DNA of 64,000 nucleotides from the human T2T-CHM13v2.0 reference genome, Homo sapiens: the NCBI RefSeq assembly GCF_009914755.1, contig NC_060931.1, one strand, 5' to 3'. The notes under the pieces are model-generated. The model was given only the letters and a program-made list of their open reading frames with translations, searched no databases and had not been told where the DNA came from. Made by a program: the position numbers and the translations under genes. Each line of letters starts with the position of its first letter. Position 1 is the first letter of the stretch. Below are positions 38,531 to 61,930 of this stretch, in pieces.

Positions 38531-39443
38531 GTAGGGTTTGTCATATTATTTTGCTTCTTGATGAACTAGTCCTGGGTTTTTTTTGTTTGTTTGTTTTTTG
38601 TTTTTTTTTTGAGAGAGAGTCTTGCTGTTTCGCTCAGGCTGGAGTGCAGTGGTGAGATTTCAGCTCACTGCAACCTTCTCCTCCAGGATTAAAGTGATCT
38701 TCCTGCCTCAGCCTCCTGAGTAGCTGGGATTACAGGAGTGCACCACCACTCCCGACTAATTTTTTTATTTTTAGTAGAGACAGGGTTTCATCATGCTGGC
38801 CAGGTTGGTCTCAAGCTCCTGACCTCAGGTGATCCACCATCTTGGCCTCCCAAAGTTCTGGTATTACAGGCATGAGCCCTGGTGCCCAGCAGCATAAACA
38901 TTTAGTTTTATTCTAACAAGGTAGCTTGTACATTTTAAGATATAAAACTGAACATCTTTTTTCCTCTCCAGAGAAACATAAGGAAAACCAAGGAACTTTT
39001 TACAACAAACATTTTTAAACATTTACAAAAGTAGACAGAAGAGTACAGTGAACCCCTGTGGACCCACTGCCCAGCTTAAATAGCAATCAGGATTTTGCCA
39101 ATGTGCTCCAAACTATCCTCCCCTTCCCCTCTTTTTCTTGGCTGGGATGTTTTAAAGCAAATCCTAGATATGTAGTAAAAAGAAAATGTAAAAGTAAAAC
39201 AGAACAAAAATTACAATGCAGAATACCATTTCCAAATAAGATCTGGCCAGGCGCGGTGGCTCACGCCTGTAATCCCAGCACTTTGGGAGGCTGAGGCGGG
39301 CAGATCACATGAGGTCAGGAGTTCAAGACCAGCCTGGCCAACACGGCGAAATGCCGTCTCTATTAAAAATACAAAAATTAGGCCAGGCGCGGTGGCTCAC
39401 ACCTGTAATCCCAGCACTTTGGGAGGCCAAGGCGGGCGGATCA

Positions 39444-39833
<390 letters not shown>

Positions 39834-40391
39834 CTATCTCAAAAAAAAAAAAAAATCTGTTAGGCTGAGGCTGGGTGCAGTGGCTCATGCCTGTAATTGC
39901 AGCACTTTGGGAGGCTGAAGCAGGAGGAACACTTGAGCCCAGGAGCTTGAGATCAGCCTGGGCAATGGAGCAAGATCCCCCAACTCTACAAAAATATAGA
40001 AGCCAGGCTTGGACCAGGTACATGCCTGTGGTCCCAGCTACTTGGAAGGCTGAAGCAGGAGGATCATGTGAGCCCAGGAGCTTGAAACCAGCCTGGGCAG
40101 TATCAGAGACCCCATCTCTACAAAAAATTTCAAAATTTAGCCTGGCATTGTGATGTGCACCTATGGTTCCAGCTACTTGGGAGGCTGAGACTGGAGGATC
40201 ATTTGAGCCCAGGAGTTTAAGACTGCAGTGAGCTATGATGGCACCACTCAACTCCAGCCTGGCCGAGCAACAGAGTGAGACTCTGCCTCTAAAAAATAAA
40301 TAAATAACAAAAACTAGGTGTAGTGTGTAGTGGGTCATGCCTATAATTCCAGCACTTTGGGAGGCTGAGGTGGGAGGCTAGATTGAGCCTA

Positions 40392-40894
<503 letters not shown>

Positions 40895-41658
40895 TAGTAG
40901 AGACGGGGTTTCACCGTGTTAGCCAGGATGGTCTCAATCTGCTGATCTTGATCTTGTGATCTGACTGCCTCAGCCTCCCAGAGTGCTGAGATTACAGGCG
41001 TGAGCCACCGCACCCGGCCAAGAGTGGATTTTATATCTAAAGCTACAGTTTAAACCACAAGGGCGTCTGCTAAATACCACCCAAGGAGAAGCTAAGTTGT
41101 CAAAATGCCCACTCAACCCTCCCAAACATCTCAAACCCACCCTTTTCTGATCTCTACTCCAACGTCTTTTGTTTTTGTTTTGTCTTACACCAGGAGAAGA
41201 GAGAGATTCGTGTTGACAAGTCCTTGTTGTCCAGACTCACACGGATACAGCTGTGGGGAAGGAAGGAAGGCTGCAATGCTGCTGTTTCCATGAACATGCC
41301 TGGCACCCTCCAGGTGTCAGCAGGGCCAGGGGAGTGGAGAACTGGTCTCCCTCTCCGCTCCTCTATAGAACACAGTAGTGTGAGGATTCTGTACAGGTTT
41401 TGTTGGGAAAGAAAGGAGTAAAAAGGGACTTGGGACAGAAAATGTTTCCTCCTTTTCAAATAAATTGTGCATCAGGATGTAGAGAGAGTGGAAGAGGGAG
41501 TTCAGAGGCATCAGGTGACCAAACGTAAGAGAAAAGAACAGTCTGGGTGTGGTGGCTCATGCCTGTAATCCCAGCACTTTAGGAGGCCGAGGCGGGTGAT
41601 TCATCTGAGGTCAGGAGTTCAAGACCAGCTTGGTCAACATGGTGAAACCCCATCTCTA

Positions 41659-41865
<207 letters not shown>

Positions 41866-41974
41866 TCAGGATTTTCATCAAGGTAAAAATCTAGGCTGGG
41901 CTGGGTGGCTCCAGCCTGTAACCTCAGCACTCTGGGAGGCCGAGGTGGGCAGATTGTTTGAGCTTGGGAGTTCA

Positions 41975-42274
<300 letters not shown>

Positions 42275-42401
42275 TCATCAATACTTAGTGTTGGCAGAGA
42301 TTTCAAACAAAGAATTCTCTCATATGTGCTGGCGGGAATGGAAGTTGTACAAACACCAAGGAAACCCCAGCACCAGCAATGGACTCACCCACACCCCATG
42401 A

Positions 42402-42773
<372 letters not shown>

Positions 42774-43310
42774 TGATCTTTGCTCACTGCAAGCGCTGCC
42801 TCCTGGGTTCACGCCATTCTCCTGCCTCAGCCTCCTGAGTAGCTGGGAATACAGGTGCCCGCAACCATGCCTGGCTAATTTTTTGTATTTTTAGCAGAGA
42901 CAGGGTCTTAGCCAGGATGGTCTTGATTTCCTGATCTCGTGATCCACCCTCTTTGGCCTCCCAAAGTGCTGGGATTACAGGCATGAGCCACGGCACCCGG
43001 CCCCGTCTAATTTTTTGTATTTTTAGTAGAGACAGGGTTTCGCCATGTTGGCCAGGCTGGTCTCAAACTCCTGACCTCAGGTGGATCTGCCCACCTGGGC
43101 CTCCCAAAGTGTTGGGATGACAGGCGTGAGCCACTGCACCTGGCCATTGTAGCATATTCTTACAATGGAACAAGAAAGAAGAAGCTGCTTCTTCATTCAA
43201 CATGTATGAATCTCATGTTCAACATGTATGAACATAACGATTAGACCAAGGAGTAACACACGAAAGCATGTACAAAATATGATTCAATGCATACAAAGTC
43301 TTTTACTTTT

Positions 43311-44216
<906 letters not shown>

Positions 44217-45201
44217 GCTTCTCAAAGATGCCTCTAACCCAACTCCATTCCCACCCTAAGAAAGAAACTGTGGAGAACCTGCAAGTTCAAGGGTTTAATT
44301 TTGAGGTCAATACAGTAAGTCTGTCCTTTTAAATAGACCAGACCCGTGAATGTAAATGCCAGCTCCCAGCCCCTCCCAGGAAGGCTGAGTCTCAGCCCCA
44401 AAGAAAAAGAGGAAAAGCCAAGGACACTCCCTGCCTCCCTCATCCCCTCCTTCCCCTCCATGGGGCTGGCTGAATGGGAATCTCATGAACTCCTCAGCCC
44501 TCGCAGGCTTCAGCCCCGTGGGACTCTCCTTTGTGGTCAGAGAGTTATAAATTTGCCTTGTCATGGCACAGCCAGCAGGCCTGCCCTGTCCTCCTTCTAA
44601 TCAGGTCTGCAGACCCCAGAGCCTGCCACTCACCTGCTACTATCCTGGCAGTACGCAGCCACCTTCCCAACAGAGGCACCGATGATGAGCACACGGGTCA
44701 AAGACCTTGACCCTGCCATAGCTTTCTCCAGACCATGGCAGCGTGGAGGCTGCTCCAGTGTCTGGGCCCGAAAGCTGGGTTTTCCTATCGGCCCTTCTCC
44801 CAGCCTCTCTCATCATTAAAACAGCCATCCTTCATGGCATCCTGCATCCAGACTCGCCGTGCATTGATCAGCTCTATTAACCTACTTTTCATTTCAAAGC
44901 CACACAGCCATTCCTACCGTTTCTGTCCTGTGTAAATCCTCACTGAAAGCACACTGCACGCCCTTTGTCTTCCTGCTATTTTTTGTTTGTTTGCTTGGTT
45001 GGTTTTCTACTCTTTTTTCCTAACGGTTTTTCTCTCTCCAAGGCACATGATCCCACAACCCATGTGATTTAAAAATTCTCTCTGGGGCCGGACATGGTGG
45101 CTCACATCTGTAATCCTGGTACTTTGGGAGGGCGAGGCAGGTGGATTGCTTGAGATCAGGGGTTCAGACCAGCCTGGCCACATGGTGAAACCCCGTCTCT
45201 A

Positions 45202-46350
<1,149 letters not shown>

Positions 46351-46464
46351 AAGCAAGAAAGAGTTCTTTTTGGCATTTTAAACAGAATTCCCCCTCTTTT
46401 GCTCGTGAATTTGAGAGGCAGTGTTCGAATCACAGCTTGGTTAGCGTGTGACCTCAAGGAATGT

Positions 46465-47078
<614 letters not shown>

Positions 47079-47081
47079 TAA

Positions 47082-47433
<352 letters not shown>

Positions 47434-47484
47434 TGAAGTCCTGGCCTCAAGCAATCCTCCCACCTTGGCCTCCCAAGGTTCTAG

Positions 47485-47838
<354 letters not shown>

Positions 47839-48262
47839 TGATCAAAGGAGCATCAAAGAATTTGCAGCCTCCAGAAGGAGGTCATTTCCTGCCTCTGAGT
47901 CTCAGTTTCCACATCTATGAAAGAAAGTTAATGATCCTTCACTCCAGGGTTGTCGTGAAGGCTAAATTAAGTTGTATTTGGAAAAATATGTGGGGCACAG
48001 TAGGTGTGTTTCTCACACCCAGAGTCAGAGTGTTTAGCAGAGGGTTAGTAGTTGCCTCCAGGGCATGAAGGGCTCTTCCTGACCCTAAGTGTGAGGAACG
48101 CTTTGGGTTAAAAGATTGTACTTTTCTGCGTTCAGCTGAAAGGTGGAGGGCTCAGTGAGGTGGCTCACACCTGTAATTCCAATGCTTTGGGAGGCCGAGG
48201 TGGGAGGATCACTTGAGCCCAGGAGTTTGAGAGCAGCTTAAACAACACAGTAAGACCTTGTT

Positions 48263-48265
<3 letters not shown>

Positions 48266-48304
<39 letters not shown>
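48266..48304. repeat. (AC)~19 microsatellite in an Alu linker
   Basis: Direct. Confidence 0.97.
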
Positions 48305-48308
<4 letters not shown>

Positions 48309-48851
48309 CCAGGCGTGGTGGCATGCGCCTGTAGTTCCAGCTACTTGGGAGGCTGAGGTGGGTGGATTGCTTGAGGCAAGGAGTTTGAGACAAGCCTGGT
48401 CAACATAGTGACACCCCATCATCCCCCAAAATCATTTTTCTTTGTTTTAAGGCAGAGCCTCACTCTATTGCCCAGGCTGGAGTGCAGTGGTGTGATCTCA
48501 CCTCCTTGCAACCTCTGCCTCCTGGGTTCAAGCGATTCTTGTGTCTCAGCCTCCTGAGTAGCTAGGATTACAGGTGTGCACCACCATGCCTGGCTAATTT
48601 TTGTATTTTTAGCGGAGATGGGGTTTTGCCGTGTTGGTCAGGCTGGTCTTGAACTCCTGGCCTCAAGTGATCCATCTGCCTTGGCCTCCCAAAGTGCTGG
48701 GATTACAGGTGTGAGCCACTGTGCCCAGCCACAATAAATCATTTTTTAAAGGTTAAATTTAACCTCATTTAAGTAATACATATAAGTCTCATCGAATAAT
48801 TGAAGCCAGTTTGTGAGGTAAAGTCTATTATTATGTGCATTTTAATTCTTA

Positions 48852-49313
<462 letters not shown>

Positions 49314-50418
49314 TTAGAGGGTAAGTGGCTTCACTCGGTACTAAGTAGGGGAGTGTGGATTTGAGCCAAGCTGTGGGTTCAAACCACATCAACACCTGCT
49401 ATGCCTGACTGCGTCTCCACGCTGCTGGGAAGGTTGACTGAATCTGCCACTACCTCCCTGGGGTGCATGTGCTTACCAAACCATTGCATTATGTAAAAGG
49501 CGGTGCTGTAGGTTTTTAGTTTTTTAATTTTTATTTTTTTGAGATAGAGTCTCACTCTGTCACCCAGGCTGGAGTGTAGTGGCATGATCTTGGCTGACTG
49601 CAATCTCTGCCTTCCGGGTTCAAGCGATTCTCTTGCCTCAGCCTCCTGAGTAGCTGGGACTACAGGCCCACACCACCACGCCTGGCTAATTTTTGTATTT
49701 TTAGTAGAGACAGGGTTTCACCATGTTGGACATCATGGTCTTGGTCTCTTGGGCTCATTATCTGCCTGCCTCGGCCTCCCGAAGTGCTGGGATTACAGGT
49801 GTGAGCCACCGTGCCTGGCCTCTAGTGACCTCATTTTAACTTGATCACCTCTGTAAAGACTCTGGTTCCAATAAGGTCACCTCTAAGGTCTGGAGGGTCA
49901 TGGCTTCAATACATGAATTAGGGGTGGGGGGCACACCATGCAGCCCATAATACTAGCGTATCTGGTTATGTTAAACTTGCTATAGCCACAGTCTCGCTGA
50001 CTTGGATATGGTACCATGGGAAGGGCCCTTAAAGATCATCTTATCTGGTTGGGCTCAATGGCTCATGTGTGTAATTCCAGCACTCTGAGAGGCCAAGGCA
50101 AGAGGATCGCTTGTGACCAAGAGTTCAAGACCAGTCTGGGCAACAGAGCAAGATGCTATATCTACTACAGGCATGCACCTGTAGTCTCAGCTACTTGGGA
50201 GGGTGAGAGAAGAGGATTGCTTGAGCCCAGGAGGCAACAGAGAGCTGATTGTACCACTGCACCCCAGCCAAGGCAACAGAGACCTTGTCTCTAAAAAACA
50301 AAAACAGGCCAGGTGCAGTGTCTTATGCCTGTATTCCCAGCACTTTGACAGGCAGAGGCAGGTGGATCATTTGAAGTCAGGTGTTCAAGATCAGCCTGGC
50401 AAACATGACGAAACCCTA

Positions 50419-50577
<159 letters not shown>

Positions 50578-51514
50578 TCAAAATATTAGGAAAAAAAAAG
50601 AGAGAGAGCCTCTTTTCCATCTCCCCGCCACAGAGTTGTCTTCAGTAATTTCATTCCCTTTTTTCCTGAGGATTCACTGGGTTTCTGGGTCCCAGAGGGG
50701 AAGTTCTCTTCAAGGTACAGAAACCACGACTCCGCAGAGAACCGCAGAGACGGCGGCATGACCAGACCACGGACAGGTGTGGAGAAGCTGCTGGGCTAAA
50801 ACTTGGGCTGAACTTCCGCTGCAGGTCGACTTATTCCCATCAGCACCAAAGCCACTGGAGGGGGTCATCCACTAGCAAATGAAGTGGGGGCACGGATTGG
50901 AGGCTGTTTCAGAAGGTCCCACTGAGCCACGGACTCAAGGCCTGGCCACAGCCCTCCCAAGCAAGGCCCAGATCATATTTCACCACGCTCAGAAAACCTT
51001 GTCAGCTCATTTCAGTCCACGGTGACTTTGCTTTCTTTAGGATCTCTCTTGCACTGTCCAACTCAGAGAATTTCAAATCTGAATGGATTCCAATGATGGA
51101 GGTAAATCAGGCCTCACCTCAGTTTTTTAATTACAATCAATAGGGCTGGGTCCCAGCATCTGTGTCTTAATGTTCCTCCATGTGATCCTCATGCTGAAAG
51201 GCTGGTATTTGAAAATCCCTTTTTTTGGGGAGTGAAGGGTTTTTTTTAGAGACAGGCCTCACTCTGATGCCCAGCCTGGAATGCAGTGGTAGATCACAGC
51301 TCACTGCAGCCTCGAACTCCTGGCCGCAAGAAATCCTCCCACCTTAGCCAACCAAAGTGTTGGGATTGCAGGAGTGACCACTGTGTCCAGCCAGGAAAGC
51401 CCTTCTGTTTCACTTGAATGATATTTCTGCCGCAGACCTACAGCCATTGTTGTATTAAACGGCATCATTGCAGGAAAAGAAAAGGTGAGAGGTGACTGTT
51501 TTGCTTTTTTCTGA

Positions 51515-51763
<249 letters not shown>

Positions 51764-53972
51764 TGATCTCAACCTCCTCACCTCTGGTTATCTGTCGGCA
51801 TCGGCTTCCAAAAGTGCTGGGATTACAAGTGTGAGCCACCGCGCCTGGTTTGCCCATTTTTTGACAATGTATCAACATCATCTAAGATGGGCACTGCCTC
51901 AGTGTAGTGTGTCTAGACAAGGTGGCCGGAACAGAGAGGAATATGCATACCAGGCTTAAAGACGGGTTAAATCAGAGCTTTTCATTCCACAAAAGAGCAA
52001 TTTTAATGAGGTCAGAACATGGATGTTCTAATATTTGAAAGCCTGTTAACTAGGAGAGAGAGAGAGTAAAGTGATTTGTTGTAGGAGGACACACCCAGCT
52101 CTGACGGTTTAAAGCGTCATGAATGCAAATTTGAACTCCAGAAAAGCAGAGCTTCCTAACAATGGGACTTCCACAGCAATGGGATTTCCTTCCACATTCA
52201 GTTTGTGCCTTTCCCATGAGCGAGAGACTCCTAGGAGAGCCGCAGCCCGTTAGGAAGCCATGTGGGAACTCATCCACAGGTTCTTTTTGTTTGTTTTTTT
52301 TTTTTTTTTGAGATGTAGTTTTGCTCTTGTTGCCCAGGCTGGAGTGCAATGGTGCGACCTTGGCTCACTGCAACCTCCGCCTCCCAAGTTTAAGCCATTC
52401 TGCTGCCCCCGCCTCCTGAGTGGCTGGGATTACAGGCACCCACCACCATGCCTGACTAATTTTTTGTATTTTTAGAAGAGATGGGGTTTCACCATGTTGG
52501 CCAGGCTGCTCTTAAACTCCTGACCTCAAGCGATCCACCTGCTATGGCCTCCCAAAGCGCTGGGATTACAGGCGTGAGCCACTGTGCCTGGCCGGAACCC
52601 ACAGGTTCTTTGGATGGTCTCTGAATGTCATGAAACTCTTTTATATTTAATTAAAAAAATTTTTTTGACACAAGGTCTTGCTGTGTTGCCCAGACTGGAG
52701 TGCGGTGTCACGATCACAGCTCACTGCAGCCCCTAACTCCTAGGCTCAAGCAATCCTCCTGCCACCTCAGTCTCTCAAGTTGTTGGAACACAGGTGCCAG
52801 CCACGACACCTGGCTAATTTTGTTCTGTTTTGTTTTGTTTTGTTTGAGATGGGGTCTTGCTATGTTGCCTACACTGGTCTTGAACTGCTGGCCTCAGGCA
52901 GTCTTCCTCCCTTGGCCACCCAAAGAGATGGGATTGCAAGCATGAGCCACTGTGCACAGCTGAGATTTTTCGACTTAGTCTTTTTGTACACCCAGTATCT
53001 TATAGAATATCCATAATATAGATTCATAAATAAACCATTTCCTTCAATAGTATAAATAAATAAACCACTGCTATAAATGGTGGAATTTCTGAGTTAAGAG
53101 CAATACATATGATACAAAACTTGATATATAGAGTTTCTTAGCCAAACTGGAGGGGCTGGCTTTAGGTGATCCGTGGACTCCCTGAAACTGGGGACACCAT
53201 TGGAAATATGTGTGAGCTCATGGGCAGTTTCCGATGATTTCCAGTCCTCAAAATATCTCTTGGACTCAAAGATGCCTTAGGGCAGAGGACACGTTACACC
53301 CAGTACAGAATCTCGGACAGTGAATATCAGTAAACATTCGGCAGAAAAGCTCTGCCAAATTGAGTGCTCTGATGTGACTTTTTCATCAAGTCAATGTTCC
53401 TGGGATCTCTTGTACATGATACTCTCACTCTTATAAGGTTTCATCGTTTCTGCTTACCCTAGTTTTCTTTCCCATCCTGATCCCTCTCCCACCAGACTGG
53501 ACTCTGAAACGGGCATGTACAGAGAAGAGGAGACCCCAACACGCTTCAAGCTTTGAGTGGAGAGGACACAGCCTCTGCTGGGACAGGGAACAGAGGGATG
53601 CGGAGACCCTGAAGATGCTTTTGGACAGTGGTCTGAGGTTGGGACAGTGGCAGGAGATACCATTCACCCAGGATCTCCAGGACAAGAGATCAGCCTGGCA
53701 GTTACATGTGTTTTTGTTCAAACTGGTTGCCAGGTTGGAATGACCTATGACATCAGAGATTCCGACCTTCCTGATTGGAAGGACCGGACTCTGTCGGCGC
53801 CTGGCAGTTCAGGTGAACAACAGTAACTTCTCAGAGCTGTTCTCCACTCCTGACTTCTCCCAGCCTCGAGAATTGATAACACACTCTTCTGGATCCCAGC
53901 AGTGTCCAGAAGAAGACCAAGGACAGAACAGAGACTAGCTTCGGTGAGATTGGACAGATTTTGGGAAAGATC

Positions 53973-54078
53973 ATGACGAGCCATCAACCGCAGCCCCAGG
54001 AAGAGCAGAGCCCCCAGCGGAGCACCTCAGGGTACCCCCTCCAGGAGGTGGTGGATGATGAAGTGTCGGGACCATCAG
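53973..54078 (+). CDS. SPDYE3: SPDYE3 first coding exon ([35 protein letters not shown])
   Basis: ATG 53973, 106 nt, donor CAG|GTGAGG, phase 1; recognisable Speedy E N-terminus. Confidence 0.92.
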
Positions 54079-54215
54079 GTGAGGGGACTGGAGGAAGAAG
54101 AGGTGGCATAGGATTGACTAAGACGAAGGAAGGGGGCCAGGTGCGGTAGCTCACCCCTGTAACACCAACACTTTGGGAGGCCGAGGCGGGCAGATCACCT
54201 GAGGTCAGCAGTTCA

Positions 54216-54464
<249 letters not shown>

Positions 54465-54467
54465 TCA

Positions 54468-55007
<540 letters not shown>

Positions 55008-55060
55008 CTAACGTGATCAGTTGCAGAAGCATTACACGGTGGCCTGGTTTCTTTACTCAG

Positions 55061-55279
55061 CCCCTGGGGTAGATCCCAGCCCCCCACGTAGGTCCCTTGG
55101 CTGCAAAAGGAAGAGGGAGTGTTTGGATGAATCTGATGATGAGCCAGAGAAGGAGCTCGCCCCTGAGCCTGAGGAGACCTGGGTGGCGGAGACGCTGTGT
55201 GGCCTCAAGATGAAGGCGAAGCGACGGCGAGTGTCGCTCGTGCTCCCTGAGTACTACGAGGCCTTCAACAGGCTGCTTG
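55061..55279 (+). CDS. SPDYE3: SPDYE3 repeat exon 1 of 5 (73 aa, [14 protein letters not shown]...YYEAFNRLL)
   Basis: Acceptor ctttactcag|, donor TTG|gtagga, 219 nt, phase 1/1. Confidence 0.92.
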
Positions 55280-55451
55280 GTAGGAGGACACCCCAGAGAG
55301 CACCTCCAATCCTGTTCTTTCTAAAAAGAGGAAACTTCCAATAACCACACTTTTCCAATGGGAAAAATATGCCCCAGTGGGTGAGCTCTCCATGCGGGAG
55401 GACTCTGAAGTGATCACTCATGAGGGACACTTAGGAGACAACAGAGGATTA

Positions 55452-56442
<991 letters not shown>

Positions 56443-56446
56443 TCAG

Positions 56447-56665
56447 CCCCTGGGGTAGATCCCAGCCCCCCACGTAGGTCCCTTGGCTGCAAAAGGAAGA
56501 GGGAGTGTTTGGATGAATCTGATGATGAGCCAGAGAAGGAGCTCGCCCCTGAGCCTGAGGAGACCTGGGTGGCGGAGACGCTGTGTGGCCTCAAGATGAA
56601 GGCGAAGCGACGGCGAGTGTCGCTCGTGCTCCCTGAGTACTACGAGGCCTTCAACAGGCTGCTTG
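56447..56665 (+). CDS. SPDYE3: SPDYE3 repeat exon 2 of 5
   Basis: Same splice sites and translation as repeat exon 1. Confidence 0.9.
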
Positions 56666-56837
56666 GTAGGAGGACACCCCAGAGAGCACCTCCAATCCTG
56701 TTCTTTCTAAAAAGAGGAAACTTCCAATAACCACACTTTTCCAATGGGAAAAATATGCCCCAGTGGGTGAGCTCTCCATGCGGGAGGACTCTGAAGTGAT
56801 CACTCATGAGGGACACTTAGGAGACAACAGAGGATTA

Positions 56838-57240
<403 letters not shown>

Positions 57241-57243
57241 TCA

Positions 57244-57832
<589 letters not shown>

Positions 57833-57836
57833 TCAG

Positions 57837-58055
57837 CCCCTGGGGTAGATCCCAGCCCCCCACGTAGGTCCCTTGGCTGCAAAAGGAAGAGGGAGTGTTT
57901 GGATGAATCTGATGATGAGCCAGAGAAGGAGCTCGCCCCTGAGCCTGAGGAGACCTGGGTGGCAGAGACGCTGTGTGGCCTCAAGATGAAGGCGAAGCGA
58001 CGGCGAGTGTCGCTCGTGCTCCCTGAGTACTACGAGGCCTTCAACAGGCTGCTTG
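57837..58055 (+). CDS. SPDYE3: SPDYE3 repeat exon 3 of 5
   Basis: Same protein; synonymous GCG>GCA at 57964. Confidence 0.9.
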
Positions 58056-58227
58056 GTAGGAGGACACCCCAGAGAGCACCTCCAATCCTGTTCTTTCTAA
58101 AAAGAGGAAACTTCCAATAACCACACTTTTCCAATGGGAAAAATATGCCCCAGTGGGTGAGCTCTCCATGCGGGAGGACTCTGAAGTGATCACTCATGAG
58201 GGACACTTAGGAGTCAACAGAGGATTA

Positions 58228-58624
<397 letters not shown>

Positions 58625-58634
58625 TCAGAGGTCA

Positions 58635-59223
<589 letters not shown>

Positions 59224-59227
59224 TCAG

Positions 59228-59446
59228 CCCCTGGGGTAGATCCCAGCCCCCCACGTAGGTCCCTTGGCTGCAAAAGGAAGAGGGAGTGTTTGGATGAATC
59301 TGATGATGAGCCAGAGAAGGAGCTCGCCCCTGAGCCTGAGGAGACCTGGGTGGCGGAGACGCTGTGTGGCCTCAAGATGAAGGCGAAGCGACGGCGAGTG
59401 TCGCTCGTGCTCCCTGAGTACTACGAGGCCTTCAACAGGCTGCTTG
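59228..59446 (+). CDS. SPDYE3: SPDYE3 repeat exon 4 of 5
   Basis: Same splice sites and translation. Confidence 0.9.
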
Positions 59447-59618
59447 GTAGGAGGACACCCCAGAGAGCACCTCCAATCCTGTTCTTTCTAAAAAGAGGAA
59501 ACTTCCAATAACCACACTTTTCCAATGGGAATAATATGCCCCAGTGGGTGAGCTCTCCATGCGGGAGGACTCTGAAGTGATCACTCATGAGGGACACTTA
59601 GGAGACAACAGAGGATTA

Positions 59619-60378
<760 letters not shown>

Positions 60379-60618
60379 TCAGAGAGCCAGGGACCAGGGA
60401 ACGATATGACGCAGTGTTCTGAGGACAGAGAGAGGGAAGAATGGGGAGGGGAAGGAGTGGCACATGGGGTTGAGCAGAGGAGAAAGTCAGAAAGGTGGCT
60501 TGGAGAAGCCAGCAGTCTGAGAGGCTGGGGAGGATGGAGAGTGGTTTGGGGTTTGGGGTCGGGGTCTAACGTGATCAGTTGCAGAAGCATTACACGGTGG
60601 CCTGGTTTCTTTACTCAG

Positions 60619-60837
60619 CCCCTGGGGTAGATCCCAGCCCCCCACGTAGGTCCCTTGGCTGCAAAAGGAAGAGGGAGTGTTTGGATGAATCTGATGATGA
60701 GCCAGAGAAGGAGCTCGCCCCTGAGCCTGAGGAGACCTGGGTGGCGGAGACGCTGTGTGGCCTCAAGATGAAGGCGAAGCGACGGCGAGTGTCGCTCGTG
60801 CTCCCTGAGTACTACGAGGCCTTCAACAGGCTGCTTG
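60619..60837 (+). CDS. SPDYE3: SPDYE3 repeat exon 5 of 5
   Basis: Same splice sites and translation. Confidence 0.9.
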
Positions 60838-60978
60838 GTAGGAGGACACCCCAGAGAGCACCTCCAATCCTGTTCTTTCTAAAAAGAGGAAACTTCCAAT
60901 AACCACACTTTTCCAATGGGAAAAATATGCCCCAGTGGGTGAGCTCTCCATGCGGGAGGACTCTGAAGTGATCACTCA

Positions 60979-61458
<480 letters not shown>

Positions 61459-61871
61459 TTAATGTTTCTTACTGACTTTTCTAAACCTAAGTGTCTCCAT
61501 CCATAGTGGGGGATACCAAGGCCATGGTCACACCCTGATGTGTGACTGTCTCATGAGGAAATGATGGGAATTCCTTTATGACTCTGCAGTGGTCCCTCCG
61601 TGTCTGCTGGAGGGGGTCCCGGCTGATTCCCAGCTCTACATCCTGTAGATTCTCACACCCAGGGCCTCCTTCGGCCTCTTCTCAGGGGAGTCTCAGAGCA
61701 GGAGCCTCTCTCCCTTGCCCAGTGAAAGTCATTCTCCCCTCTCCCATCCACCTCACCCGCGGCCACAATCCTGAGACTTTCCCCCGGGAGGCACACTTCT
61801 CCTCACTGCCCTGCTGCTCCCATGGAAACCCTGTCCTGCTTCTCACGCTGACATCTGCTCTCTAATCACAG

Positions 61872-61930
61872 AGGATCCTGTCATTAAAAGATTCCTGGCC
61901 TGGGACAAAGATCTGAGGGTGTCAGACAAG
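61872..61930 (+). CDS. SPDYE3: SPDYE3 Speedy/RINGO-box exon (EDPVIKRFLAWDKDLRVSDK)
   Basis: cacag| acceptor, AAG|gtaagg donor, 59 nt, in frame with the repeat exons. Confidence 0.93.

Noticed and set aside
55021-55344. Five stand-alone 107-aa ORFs [16 protein letters not shown]...
   Set aside because: The start codon here is TTG in intronic sequence; the real unit is the spliced 219-nt exon.
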